Shown: piece by piece, positions 1 through 9,591 of the stretch | How positions within the stretch are numbered: position 1 is the stretch's first letter | Layout of the letters: the number at the start of each line of letters is the position of its first letter | Origin: Candidatus Woesearchaeota archaeon | GTDB lineage: Archaea > Nanobdellota > Nanobdellia > Tiddalikarchaeales > Tiddalikarchaeaceae | DNA: 64,000 bases | Assembly (NCBI GenBank): GCA_964457955.1 | Contig: CAYWEY010000003.1 | Location: forward strand, 14,439 to 78,438 | Direction of reading: 5' to 3' | Made by a program: the position numbers and the translations under genes | Notes under the pieces: generated by a model | Seen by the model: the letters and a program-made list of their open reading frames with translations, nothing else | Databases searched by the model: none | What the model was told of the DNA's origin: nothing

Positions 1-1
1 G

Positions 2-961
2 GTGGGACTTGATTCTTATGACAAAATATATTATGAGAGTAGTTTTTACAAGAAAGGCAAAAAAATAGTTAAGAACGGAGTTGATAAAGGACTATTTGAG
101 AAAGAAGAAGATGGAGCAGTATTCGTTAATCTTGGCGAGCTTGGAAAAAAATATTTAATAAGAGGTGGGGGAACAACACTTTATGTTACTCAGGACTTGG
201 CTCTTGCAAACTTAAAATATGAAGACTTTCCTGATTTTGATAAATCAATCTATATGACAGGTAATGAGCAAAACCATTATTTTAAACAATTATTCAAAAT
301 ATTTGATATATTAAGTTATCCTTTTGCAGGCAAGTGTTATCATATAGGTACTGGGATGGTTCGTCTTCCTGAAGGCAAGATGAGCAGCAGGGAAGGAAAC
401 GTAATATATGCTGATGACCTTATAGAAAAAATGATTAAACTTGCAGAAGAAGAAATAAAGAAAAGAGGCAATACTTCTTCTGATGAGATTAGTGAAAAAA
501 TCGCTCTTGCAGCAATAAAATATCACTTATTGAAGACATCTGCAAGCAAGGATATTGTCCTGAATCCTGAAGAAACAATTAGTTTTGAAGGAGACACAGG
601 CCCTTACTTATTGTATTCGTTAGTGAGAGCATATAAAATACTTAAGAAGTCGAAAACAAAAAAATCGGATTCTGTGAATACAGAATTATTTAAAACAAAA
701 GAAGAGTATGACTTGATTAGACATTTCTCGGATTTAAATAAAGCAATCTCTAAATCATCTCAGAAATTTTCTCCACATATTTTATGCAAATATGTTTATG
801 ATTTAGCATCATATTTTAATTCCTTTTACGAAGTCTGTCCAGTTATTAATGCAGATAGTAATGAATTAAAAAATTCGCGTTTATTGATTGTTGAATCATT
901 TTCAATTATTATGGAACAAGCATTATTCTTATTAGGAATTGATTCTGTTAAGAAGATGTGA
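2..961 (+). CDS. argS: Arginine--tRNA ligase, C-terminal portion (5' end lies outside window)
   Basis: GKMSSREG (KMSKS-like class I motif), ArgRS anticodon-binding C-terminal domain, ends in Met as ArgRS typically does. Confidence 0.8.
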   Translation: MGLDSYDKIYYESSFYKKGKKIVKNGVDKGLFEKEEDGAVFVNLGELGKKYLIRGGGTTLYVTQDLALANLKYEDFPDFDKSIYMTGNEQNHYFKQLFKIFDILSYPFAGKCYHIGTGMVRLPEGKMSSREGNVIYADDLIEKMIKLAEEEIKKRGNTSSDEISEKIALAAIKYHLLKTSASKDIVLNPEETISFEGDTGPYLLYSLVRAYKILKKSKTKKSDSVNTELFKTKEEYDLIRHFSDLNKAISKSSQKFSPHILCKYVYDLASYFNSFYEVCPVINADSNELKNSRLLIVESFSIIMEQALFLLGIDSVKKM

Positions 962-1642
962 TATTTCTTTCCCAGACAAATCCTTGATTTTCTTGTTACC
1001 TTCGCGATGATTAATCTTTTTTTTAAATTCTTTCAGTTTTTTCTTATTATTTGTTTCATAAAATTCTCTGATTTTCTTATCATTATTTGTTAATTCTTTT
1101 TTAGGAACAATACTTAATAATACTGAATGATTTTTTTGTTCAGGCCAGAAAGAATTTTTTGGAACAATACATACTTTTTCTATTTTCAAATAAGCATTAA
1201 GTAAAACATCTTTCCCAATCTTATCATAAGATTTTTTGGATATTGTTACAACTGCTTTATCAAAATCCTTGTTTATTAATTCTTTGAAGAACCAGTCAAT
1301 AATAGTGTAGGGAAGGTTAGATATTATTTTCTTATAATTCTTTAAACCATAACTAGTAATATCATCTTCTATTATTTTCACATTCTTTTTATTACTGAAT
1401 AATTTTTTCAGTATCCTGACTAATCTCGGGTCCTTCTCTATACAAACTATTTTCTTGACTTTGTAAACCATTCTTCTAGTAAGTACTCCTGTCCCACTCC
1501 CTATCTCCATTACAACATCGTCTTTTTCTAGTTCTGCAGTCTCAATTATCTTATTAATGATGTCTTCATCTTTCATGAAACACTGGTCAAGCATTACGTC
1601 AGGTTCAATATTATTCTTTTTCAGAAACAAATCCACTCTCAT
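932..1642 (-). CDS. rsmA: 16S rRNA (adenine-N6)-dimethyltransferase KsgA/RsmA/Dim1
   Basis: EIGSGTGVLT SAM motif and NLPY motif; 4-nt ATGA overlap with upstream HD gene. Confidence 0.8.
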   Translation of the reverse strand: MRVDLFLKKNNIEPDVMLDQCFMKDEDIINKIIETAELEKDDVVMEIGSGTGVLTRRMVYKVKKIVCIEKDPRLVRILKKLFSNKKNVKIIEDDITSYGLKNYKKIISNLPYTIIDWFFKELINKDFDKAVVTISKKSYDKIGKDVLLNAYLKIEKVCIVPKNSFWPEQKNHSVLLSIVPKKELTNNDKKIREFYETNNKKKLKEFKKKINHREGNKKIKDLSGKEISHLLNRINS

Positions 1643-2148
1643 CTTAATAATCTTTTAACTTCTTTTTCTATATTTTTTAATCTTTTTATTGCAGGATGAT
1701 TCTCACCAAGACTCTTTTTTAACTTCCTGATTTCAGGACCCACATCTTCTGCATAATTGTCCTCCTGAACTAATTTATCTGCATAACAAACAATTTTTTC
1801 CTCAACTGTTTCAGGAGTGTAGTCTTTTTTTGGAAGCCCGAGCTTTTCAGCTTCATCTTCAGGCAGCCCGCCCCCGATATGAACTTCCGCTATTCTTTTT
1901 AGTCTGGGATGATTCTTCAATATCTTTCCTCCTTCTAATGCATGCTTCACACCGTGAGTCCTGCTCCGCCCTATATCATGAAGCAATCCTCCAATTTCGC
2001 ATAATCCTACATCAACTTCATTTCCATTATTTTTTATTTTTCCAGCTAATTCTTTGGATTTCCTACTGACTAATTCAGAGTGTTTAATAACTGACTTACT
2101 GCATCCAGTTTTTTCTAATAGTTTTAATGCTTGTTTTTTACTCATCAT
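1639..2148 (-). CDS. HD-domain metal-dependent phosphohydrolase
   Basis: LLHDIGRS ... YADKL HD-domain motifs; likely start at MMSKK (2148), which overlaps the stop of the upstream small membrane gene (ATGATGA). The N-terminal 50 aa of the listed ORF look non-coding. Confidence 0.6.
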   Translation of the reverse strand: MMSKKQALKLLEKTGCSKSVIKHSELVSRKSKELAGKIKNNGNEVDVGLCEIGGLLHDIGRSRTHGVKHALEGGKILKNHPRLKRIAEVHIGGGLPEDEAEKLGLPKKDYTPETVEEKIVCYADKLVQEDNYAEDVGPEIRKLKKSLGENHPAIKRLKNIEKEVKRLLR

Positions 2149-2414
2149 TTTATGAATCTTGTGAAGAAGTAAACTATGGGTATCTTCCATTTCTGCCCGC
2201 TTAATGCCCTGTTTGCAGCAACTATACTCGAAACTCCAAGCAGAGGCCGTCCAATAGCCCAGCCAAGAAGTGGTATGAATGTAACAAGAAAAGCGCATAA
2301 TAATACTGCCATTCCTTGCTTTGCATGAAACTTTATGAAATCATTCCTGCTTTTTATGAAAAAGAAAGATATTACTCCTGAATAACAGAGAACTGCTTTA
2401 AATTTCTCATTCAT
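2145..2414 (-). CDS. small membrane protein (DUF4870/TM2-like, FHAKQG motif)
   Basis: 89 aa, FHAKQGMAVLL...GW motif typical of DUF4870 small membrane proteins; first gene of a translationally coupled 3-gene minus-strand operon. Confidence 0.4.
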   Translation of the reverse strand: MNEKFKAVLCYSGVISFFFIKSRNDFIKFHAKQGMAVLLCAFLVTFIPLLGWAIGRPLLGVSSIVAANRALSGQKWKIPIVYFFTRFIK

Positions 2415-2592
2415 AAATAGATTAAGATTTTTTTTATTATTTAAAATCTTTTTGGTAAAATTTTTTTAATCAAGAAGTATAATAATTTAAGATTGCTTTA
2501 AGAAGATAACAATGATGCATGTAATGTTTACTTAATTAGTTATGATTCTTTTAAGATAATAATAATTTAGAAAACAATAATTATTCTGCTTT

Positions 2593-3060
2593 TAACACAC
2601 ACTCATATTAACCATGTAGGTAATAATTACTTGTTCAACAATATTTTCATGCACGAGATTTCTGAAGAAAAAATCAGGAATAATGATTTATGCACTTATC
2701 TTATTGAAAGATTAGTAAATTTTAATCCACAGAATGCTTTTCCAAAAAAAACAAGTTATTAACAATAAAAGATGGTGAAGTTATTAATTTTGATGAGATT
2801 GAGTTAAGAGTTATTCACACTCCAAGACACTCTTCTGACAACATATGTATTTATGAACCAAACAAGAAATGGTTTTTCACGGGCAATACTTATTACAATG
2901 GAGAAGCATACTTTATTAATAACGAGTCGGATATGAGTGACTGGAAGAAATCTTTATCTATTTTATCAGAATTGGGGGGAAAATCTTATTCTTCCAGGAC
3001 ATAATGAAATACTATGTGGAGAAGTTAACAAATATTTTTTAGAGAATATTGTTTTTTTTA
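2593..3060 (+). pseudogene. decayed metallo-beta-lactamase-fold hydrolase (frameshifted, catalytic motifs mutated)
   Basis: Three frame fragments: LTHTHINHVGN (HxHxDH with D->N), KDGEVINFDEIELRVIHTPRHSSDNICIYEPNKKWFFTGNTYY (HTPGH and TGDT motifs degenerate), ILPGHNEI. No intact ORF. Confidence 0.5.
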
Positions 3061-3101
3061 GGAAAAAGTTTATAATAATGTTTTTTTCGAATAAGTTATT
3101 T

Positions 3102-3536
3102 ATGAATAAATCATTGGATGATTATTTAGGATGCGAAGCATTATTACGCAAATTCTTTGATACTGTCGGGGCATGCAGTTCTTGCAGAATAAGAGGATAC
3201 ACTCACTGCTGTGATGGAAAATGGTATCTTATTGATAGTAATAAATTACTGGACATTGAGAGGGAGAGAAGTTATGGTGAACCCAAAACTGATGATATGT
3301 GTGGTTATCATACTGAGAAAGGTTGTTTGTTGAAAACTCATAAGAGTCCTGTTTGTATAAGTTATGTTTGTGATTTTTTTAAGAAATTCCTTTTTAGTAA
3401 AGATGTGGATTATAATGGTCTGAGAATAAGAAGGTTTCTTAAAAAAGTGTTATCAGGAAAAGCGGAAGAAAGAGAAATATTTGAATTTAAAGAAAAAATA
3501 AGTGATTATATCTCTAAAGTCAGAGGTTGTATTTAA
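3102..3536 (+). CDS. YkgJ-family (CxxCxxCC, COG0727) Cys-rich putative Fe-S/Zn protein, paralog 1
   Basis: CSSCRIRGYTHCC and YHTEKGCLLKTHKSPVCISYVC motifs; homology starts at internal Met (3102), not at the ORF start 2937. Confidence 0.55.
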   Translation: MNKSLDDYLGCEALLRKFFDTVGACSSCRIRGYTHCCDGKWYLIDSNKLLDIERERSYGEPKTDDMCGYHTEKGCLLKTHKSPVCISYVCDFFKKFLFSKDVDYNGLRIRRFLKKVLSGKAEEREIFEFKEKISDYISKVRGCI

Positions 3537-3982
3537 AAATGAATGATTCTCTGAAAAATTATCTTGAGTGTGAAGAATTGCTTAATGATTTTTTTAAAGA
3601 ATTAGGTTACTGCAGGAGTGATTGTTTCTTGGATTATGATGTTCGTTGCTGTAAAAAAAATTATTTCGGGACTAAAAGATTGCTTGAAGAGTTGCATAAT
3701 GAACGTTTAAAGAAGTACGGTATTCCTGCTGAGAAAATAAGAGAATGCTCTTATCATACTGAGAAAGGTTGTTTACTTGAAACTCATAAATCTCCCACTT
3801 GTCTTGCATGGGTTTGTAATTCATTGGAAGAATATTTACACTCTATTGGTGTTGAATACTATCTTGTGGATATACGTTTTTCTCTTATGCAAATATTAAG
3901 AAATGAACTTGGTCAAGATGAGATAATTTGCTTTAAGCAAAATATTAAAAATATGACTAAAAAAATTAAAAGTTTAAAATGA
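3527..3982 (+). CDS. YkgJ-family (CxxCxxCC) Cys-rich protein, paralog 2
   Basis: NYLECEELLN..CRSDC..CC and YHTEKGCLLETHKSPTCLAWVC shared with neighbours. Confidence 0.55.
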   Translation: MYLKMNDSLKNYLECEELLNDFFKELGYCRSDCFLDYDVRCCKKNYFGTKRLLEELHNERLKKYGIPAEKIRECSYHTEKGCLLETHKSPTCLAWVCNSLEEYLHSIGVEYYLVDIRFSLMQILRNELGQDEIICFKQNIKNMTKKIKSLK

Positions 3983-4422
3983 ATGAAGAAAAATTAAGGA
4001 AGTGTTTGGATAATTATCTTGAGTGTGAAGAATTGCTTAATAAATTATTTAAAAAAATTAATCTTTGCCCGTCTTTCTGCAATTATAATCATTGCTGCAG
4101 AGTAGATATGTGGAAATATGATGATTTTGATGCATACTATTATTTACATAAGGAAAGGGTTGAAAAATACGGCAATCCTCCTGAAGACTGGTTAGATTCT
4201 TTCAAAGGAAAGTGCTGGTATCTTAAAAAAGATGGGTGTGCGTTACAAACTCATAAACCAGTATGGTGTCTTTCCCATATTTGTTTTGAAAAACAAATCA
4301 AAATAAATTATGACAAAAACGAAGTGCAGGATAAACTTATTAAAATTATCAGAAATATGATGCCAGAAGAAGAAACACATCTTTTTAAAGAAAAAATTAA
4401 GAAATTTATTAAGAAAATATAA
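3979..4422 (+). CDS. YkgJ-family (CxxCxxCC) Cys-rich protein, paralog 3
   Basis: NYLECEELLN..CPSFCNYNHCC and GCALQTHKPVWCLSHIC; 4-nt overlap with paralog 2. Confidence 0.55.
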   Translation: MNEEKLRKCLDNYLECEELLNKLFKKINLCPSFCNYNHCCRVDMWKYDDFDAYYYLHKERVEKYGNPPEDWLDSFKGKCWYLKKDGCALQTHKPVWCLSHICFEKQIKINYDKNEVQDKLIKIIRNMMPEEETHLFKEKIKKFIKKI

Positions 4423-4427
4423 ATAAC

Positions 4428-5216
4428 TTATTTTATATAATGAATCTTATTATTCAGAGTATAATACACTTTTTTATCTTCTTCCCAGAAGTTTTCAAAA
4501 CCTTCTTTTAATCCTTTCAGGAATATTTTTTCATTAAACTGTTCTTCATTAGTCTTTATTATTGTTCCGCAGAGACCTAAATTTTTTGTCCATACTGGAT
4601 GGAAGTCAGTGCCACTCATCATTCTTATTCTTTCATCCAAAGATAACTGTATATTCTCAAATGTAGGGTTTGTTAAATTAATCATGTCTGGCTTAATTTT
4701 TTTAATTATTTTTCTCTTTTTATTTTTAGGAACGACTGTTGCTTTCTTTTTCTTCCCGTTTTTTCTGCAATAAATATCATAAACTATTCCATTATTCTTG
4801 AAAGGATGCGTATACCAGGAATGCTTGTTTTTCCCAGAATCCTTATACTCTATTTTATGGTAAGTAATTCCGTATTCTTTGTTGAACTTATTAATTTCTA
4901 CTCCAGGAATAATGTTCTTGAAAGATTTTAGTTTTTTATGAATTCTTTCATGAAGTTCATCAAGTGTTGGCTGCATGTCAATAATATCACTTAAAGAACA
5001 CATTTTTTTGTGATCTATGTAATGAATTAATGAAATTATTCCATCATAACCTGCTTCTTCTGCATAATTAATCTTTTCTTCAGGTTCTTTTATAGATTCA
5101 TATTTCTTGGACAAATGATAATGAGCATCTATTAATTGATATTCATCTTCGGGAAATAATTTTCTCACATTCTTAATTATCCTCTTATTTCTTGAAGTAA
5201 CTTTTTTATAAATCAT
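4428..5216 (-). CDS. PHP-domain-like metal-dependent phosphoesterase (tentative)
   Basis: N-terminal IDAHYHLS and C-terminal GTDFH resemble PHP domain motifs; Lys-rich insert. Confidence 0.35.
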   Translation of the reverse strand: MIYKKVTSRNKRIIKNVRKLFPEDEYQLIDAHYHLSKKYESIKEPEEKINYAEEAGYDGIISLIHYIDHKKMCSLSDIIDMQPTLDELHERIHKKLKSFKNIIPGVEINKFNKEYGITYHKIEYKDSGKNKHSWYTHPFKNNGIVYDIYCRKNGKKKKATVVPKNKKRKIIKKIKPDMINLTNPTFENIQLSLDERIRMMSGTDFHPVWTKNLGLCGTIIKTNEEQFNEKIFLKGLKEGFENFWEEDKKVYYTLNNKIHYIK

Positions 5217-5655
5217 TAATTTAAAATAACTAAATTTATTTTTAAAAATTATCGTTACTACTATTAAGATTTTTTTTTATAAACCAGGACTAATTATTGG
5301 TGAATGCTGAATGTTTCTTAAAACAATTTAATCTAAAGAAGGTTTTCTTTTTCTGAATTATTTCTTAGGATCAAATCTTTTAATTTAAATTCTTCAGTCA
5401 TATTTATTGAATAATGCTTCAATATCATCAATCTTTTTCTTATAATTTTCATTAATCAAATAATCCTTATCCAAACAAATTATGTGTATTTTCTGAAAAT
5501 TATTCTTCTGCAATACTATCTCGGTTCCAGGCATTAAGATTTACTTCTGCATTAACTTATAATCAACTATTCCAAAATCCTTAAAGCCTGAAAAACTACT
5601 TGTTATTCCAAATAAATACTCCCATAATTTATGAATTAATCGTTAAATTTTTTTA

Positions 5656-6354
5656 TTAATATATGCTTTTTGAATTCTTTAATTGTTCCTCAGTATCTAT
5701 GTGTATTAAAGAACCAATATGAACAATTATTGTATCAGGATTTTCCTGTTTCCAGTCATAAAGTGCTTTATACCACTGGTACTCTTTGCCATTTAGTTCA
5801 GAATATTTTTCGATTTTCTTAAAATACTGACTTGAATAAATATTTATGCCAGTATAATACAAATTACTTTCAGGTATTTTCGCTGCTTTATTAATACTTA
5901 TGTTGCATTTTTTTAATTCTTTCTTTTTAACACCTGCATGAATCATGCTTAAATCATTATTTTCTTTAAATGGGTTGATTATTTTCTCATATTGTTCTAA
6001 AGATAATATCTTATCACCACTTAGCATGAGAAGGTGTTCATAATTTTTTTTTTCAAAAAAATCTTTAGCATAATAAGCAGAACTTTCTCCAACATAATCT
6101 TTTCCGCCATCAACAAATTTTATTCTTATCCCATAATCTCTTTCTTTAAAATAATTAATTATTTTGTTCTTCAGATAATCAACAATAACTACAACTTCTT
6201 TAAAACCCGCTTTCTCTAAATTATTAATCTTAATCTCAAGCAATGACTTATTGTTCAGTTTAACCATTGGTTTAGGAATATTAAATGTTATTGGTCTTAA
6301 ACGAGTACCTTTTCCTCCAGCAAGGATTATTGGCAATAATTTATCAAGTTTCAT
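5656..6354 (-). CDS. sugar-phosphate nucleotidyltransferase (NDP-sugar pyrophosphorylase)
   Basis: ILAGGKGTRLRPIT signature of the G1P thymidylyl/mannose-1-P guanylyltransferase family. Confidence 0.7.
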   Translation of the reverse strand: MKLDKLLPIILAGGKGTRLRPITFNIPKPMVKLNNKSLLEIKINNLEKAGFKEVVVIVDYLKNKIINYFKERDYGIRIKFVDGGKDYVGESSAYYAKDFFEKKNYEHLLMLSGDKILSLEQYEKIINPFKENNDLSMIHAGVKKKELKKCNISINKAAKIPESNLYYTGINIYSSQYFKKIEKYSELNGKEYQWYKALYDWKQENPDTIIVHIGSLIHIDTEEQLKNSKSIY

Positions 6355-6359
6355 TTTAA

Positions 6360-6430
6360 GGGCCTGCCGGGATTCGAACCCGGATTAGCTGCTCCGAAGG
6401 CAGCTGTACTATCCATTATACTACAGGCCC
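6360..6430 (-). tRNA. tRNA-Arg (anticodon TCG)
   Basis: Cloverleaf on minus strand: acceptor GGGCCUG, anticodon loop CUUCGGA, T-arm CCGGGUUCGAAUCCCGG. Confidence 0.8.
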
Positions 6431-6465
6431 ATATTAATAGAATAGCAAAGTTGTTAATTAAAAAA

Positions 6466-6663
6466 TTATATGGTTATTACTAAATAAAGAATTGTTACAA
6501 TAAGTATTATGACTGCAATATTTCCTAAATTTTTTACACTAAATTTTTTTCCAGTGAACATCATTTCTATGCCTGTTGAGAAAGCTAATAATAGTATGAG
6601 TCCGAAAATGTATAATTTGGGGCTGATGTATCCCATTATGATATTAAGAAATGTTTCAAACAT
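6466..6663 (-). CDS. small integral membrane protein
   Basis: 65 aa, two predicted TM helices, overlaps upstream gene by 8 nt. Confidence 0.35.
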   Translation of the reverse strand: MFETFLNIIMGYISPKLYIFGLILLLAFSTGIEMMFTGKKFSVKNLGNIAVIILIVTILYLVITI

Positions 6664-6883
6664 TTAAGTATTTTATTAAAATTATTATTCCTACAATCAT
6701 TCCAATTATTAGTAAAGTATTCTTTATTTTTTCATTTGTTCCAAAAACTATAGGGAATGGACCTATCATTATTAATCCTGCTGAACTAGTTTTTGAATTA
6801 TTGAATGCTGAGAAAATAAGGAATATTGCAAAGAATAATAGTATTATTCCAATTATTATCTGGAATTCTTTCATTTTCAACAA
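6656..6883 (-). CDS. small membrane protein (DUF131-like, GPFPIVFG motif)
   Basis: 75 aa, two TM helices, IMIGPFPIVFG motif reminiscent of the archaeal DUF131/TIGR00304 family. Confidence 0.4.
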   Translation of the reverse strand: MLKMKEFQIIIGIILLFFAIFLIFSAFNNSKTSSAGLIMIGPFPIVFGTNEKIKNTLLIIGMIVGIIILIKYLNV

Positions 6884-7245
6884 TCACTTTGTATATTACA
6901 ATTAGTATTTCTACAGGAAGTTACACTTGGACAATATTCTTCTTCATTTATTTCCCCATCATTATTAATATCACTGTTTTTACAGCAGTAACTCTTTCTG
7001 TCAGACTCGCTTTGTGACAATCTGTATGTTCTGCAGAGGCTTTCACAATCCCTTCTTAATTGTTGTAATATAGTTTCTTCCTGTGTAGGTATTTTTCCTT
7101 CAGTAGCGCTTAAACCGCTTGAAACCATTTTTGCTCCTATAATTATTATTATACTAAAAACCATTAATCCAAGAATTATGAAAACATATACTGCTTTAGG
7201 CTTCTTGCCTTCTGGTTTGATTTTTTCAGCAAATCCTTCATCCAT
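6877..7245 (-). CDS. membrane-anchored Cys-rich small protein
   Basis: 122 aa, N-terminal TM helix, C-terminal Cys-rich acidic tail; 7-nt overlap with downstream gene. Confidence 0.4.
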   Translation of the reverse strand: MDEGFAEKIKPEGKKPKAVYVFIILGLMVFSIIIIIGAKMVSSGLSATEGKIPTQEETILQQLRRDCESLCRTYRLSQSESDRKSYCCKNSDINNDGEINEEEYCPSVTSCRNTNCNIQSDC

Positions 7246-7282
7246 GATAATTAATGATATTTTTTTATTTAATAAAATTATT

Positions 7283-7356
7283 GGGCTTGCCCGGATTTGA
7301 ACCGGGATCGCGAGGCCCCGAACCTCGAATCATAAACCAAGTTAGACTACAAGCCC
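7283..7356 (-). tRNA. tRNA-Pro (anticodon CGG)
   Basis: Minus-strand cloverleaf: acceptor GGGCUUG, anticodon stem-loop CGAGG-UUCGGGG-CCUCG, T-arm CCCGGUUCAAAUCCGGG. Confidence 0.8.
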
Positions 7357-7739
7357 TTAAGAATATTAAATTATTTTCAGCATATTTATATTTTTAGAAA
7401 ATAATAAAAAACCTGGGCAGGATATTATAATATTATGAGAATAGGGGAAGGATTCCTGATTGTATTGATAGGGCTTTTCATAATCATACCCGTATCCTTT
7501 GCTTTTTATGGAACACAACTAATAAGTTATTTGTCCTTTCTTGAAGTATCAATAATAATTTATGTGATAAGTATTGTTTTCGGAATACTCACTTATTTTG
7601 CAATACATTTGGAAAATTAAATAAAAAGTTTTATAAATATTATTTTATTCTATTCTTTTTTATTATGTTACGAAGATGTGATGGTCGGATATTACGGATT
7701 TAATTTTTTTAGCTTTGCTTTTTCTGGAGGTTTTTTGTT

Positions 7740-7904
7740 ATGAAAATTAATTTTTTAGATGAAGAACCAAATAATTGTCCAAAATGCTTTAGTGAGTTAG
7801 AGCACGAAAATAATTACTTCAGATGCTGGAATTGCAGCACCAGATACTTCATTGATAATGAATTAAAGGATTATGAACTAAAATATGGGTGCCAAGAGAA
7901 TTAG
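7740..7904 (+). CDS. small zinc-ribbon protein (54 aa; below the ORF-track length cutoff)
   Basis: MKINFLDEEPNNCPKCFSELEHENNYFRCWNCSTRYF: CPxC...CWNC zinc ribbon. Confidence 0.35.
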   Translation: MKINFLDEEPNNCPKCFSELEHENNYFRCWNCSTRYFIDNELKDYELKYGCQEN

Positions 7905-7985
7905 TGAAATACGTGAGTGAAGTTAGTAATATGGGGATGGTTGAAAAAGTTTTAAAGAAAGAACTCAGCAGAAAAAAAATATTCA

Positions 7986-8426
7986 GTGATTCTTGACAAG
8001 GAATTAAAAGAAGTTGAGAAAGCTCCATTTGTCGCTTATAAATTCAAGAATAATGGTGGTTATTATAATAATTATTATGAAAGATGCTATGAAGTAGAAG
8101 TTATTGAAGGATTAGAACCTTTATGGTCAGAGTTCAGAATACTTAATGGTTTCAGAATCGAATTAGACCTTTTTTCCAGGAATGATGAATCAGGCGCGTT
8201 GTACTTCTTATCACCCTACTTGGTTTTAAATAATGTTTTGGAATCAGAAATTAATGAAGATGAAGAATATGATGATTGGAGAGAGATCGTGTTGGAGAAG
8301 ATATTGTCATTAAAGAAAATCAAGAATGAAGTTGACAGTATTAGGATGAGAAGAGAGGATAAGAAAAAATTAAGAAGAAGCAGTAAAAAAGTGATTAGCC
8401 AAGAATTAAGAGAATGGCTTGATTAA
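7986..8426 (+). CDS. hypothetical protein
   Basis: 146 aa ORF with acidic and basic C-terminal tail, no recognisable domain. Confidence 0.35.
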   Translation: MILDKELKEVEKAPFVAYKFKNNGGYYNNYYERCYEVEVIEGLEPLWSEFRILNGFRIELDLFSRNDESGALYFLSPYLVLNNVLESEINEDEEYDDWREIVLEKILSLKKIKNEVDSIRMRREDKKKLRRSSKKVISQELREWLD

Positions 8427-8542
8427 GGAATTATTTGGTTAGAACAAAACCTTTGTGAAGAAGTCTTAATCCATTGTCTTTAATATTTTTTAAACTGAAA
8501 TCAAAACTTGTTTCAGGATTATTTGTTATATTTGTATACGAA

Positions 8543-9551
8543 TCAAGTATTAAGAACCCACGTTTTTTTTAAGGATTGTGAGAATTTTTTAAATACTATC
8601 TTTCTTTTATTTTCTGAGAATTGTCCTAAGAAATTGAAACAGAAAATTACATCATACTTGTTCTTAAGTTTCTCTTTGAAAACGTCTTTTACTTCAAAAT
8701 TAACTTTAGTTTTAATATCATTTCTCATCACTATTTTTTTATTCTTAGGAACTTCAAAGAATCTTGAGCATGCATCAATTTCAGAACCAAAATCTGCCAG
8801 AGGATCTTTTCTGACAATAGTTGATAAATCATATATTCCTTTTTCTGCTCTTTTAATACATGTTGGTGAATATGTCAAAAGCATCAATAGTGTAACTCTG
8901 TAAGTTTTCTGATTCATTAATCATTGCTATTGAATAAGGTTCTCTTCCTTCAGAACAAGGAAAGGAAAGAATTTTCACTTTTTTTCTATTTTTGAGAACA
9001 GGAATAATACTTTTTTTATAGTACTCTAATGATGGAACATCTCTAAAAAATCTGGTGTGCTTTGAAACTGCTTTGTTCCTAATAATGTGCTTATAATTCA
9101 GTTTCTTATTTTTTATTTCCTCCCAATTCTTATCAATATACTCAAATAGTTCTTTCTTTGTACGATTTTTCTTCCATGATTCTTCGAAAACACTCATTAC
9201 AAAAACAGGATTAAAACTTTTAACGAATTCCTTAAATTTTTCTTTTGATAAAGGCTCTTCCTTATTAATCAAACAAAGAGTCTTAATATCTCCTTCAACA
9301 AATTCTTCACTAAGAGTCTTATCAAATAATTCTTTTGCTTCTTTTTTTAATAGTTTAAATAATTCTTTTAATTTATCTTTATTTTCAAGCAAGTTCTTTT
9401 CTAATATTTCTAATTGTTTTTTAGTGAAATTATTTTTTTTCCCTATTTTATTAATAAACCCTATTGCTTTATTCAGACTTTCTTCGTCTCTTATGCGGAG
9501 GAATTCATTAATTATTATTAATTTTTTCTTGTAATTTTTGATATTCTTCAT
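8543..9551 (-). pseudogene. CheR-type SAM-dependent methyltransferase split by a frameshift (ORFs 8853-9551 and 8543-8917)
   Basis: Upstream ORF ends HTRFFRDVPSLEYY...KILSFPCSEGREPYSIAM...IDAFDIF; downstream ORF continues CIKRAEKGIY...YDVIFCFNFLGQF. Together these give the full CheR methyltransferase domain across a -1 shift near 8880-8900. N-terminal 150 aa is a K/E-rich coiled coil. Confidence 0.45.
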
Positions 9552-9591
9552 TATCTAAAATTGGCAAGGAAATCAACAGATTTATATTTTT

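Noticed and set aside
1830-2069. 79-aa plus-strand ORF
   Set aside because: Antisense inside the HD-domain gene
6034-6219. 61-aa plus-strand ORF
   Set aside because: Antisense within the nucleotidyltransferase gene; poly-Ile/Phe AT-rich artefact
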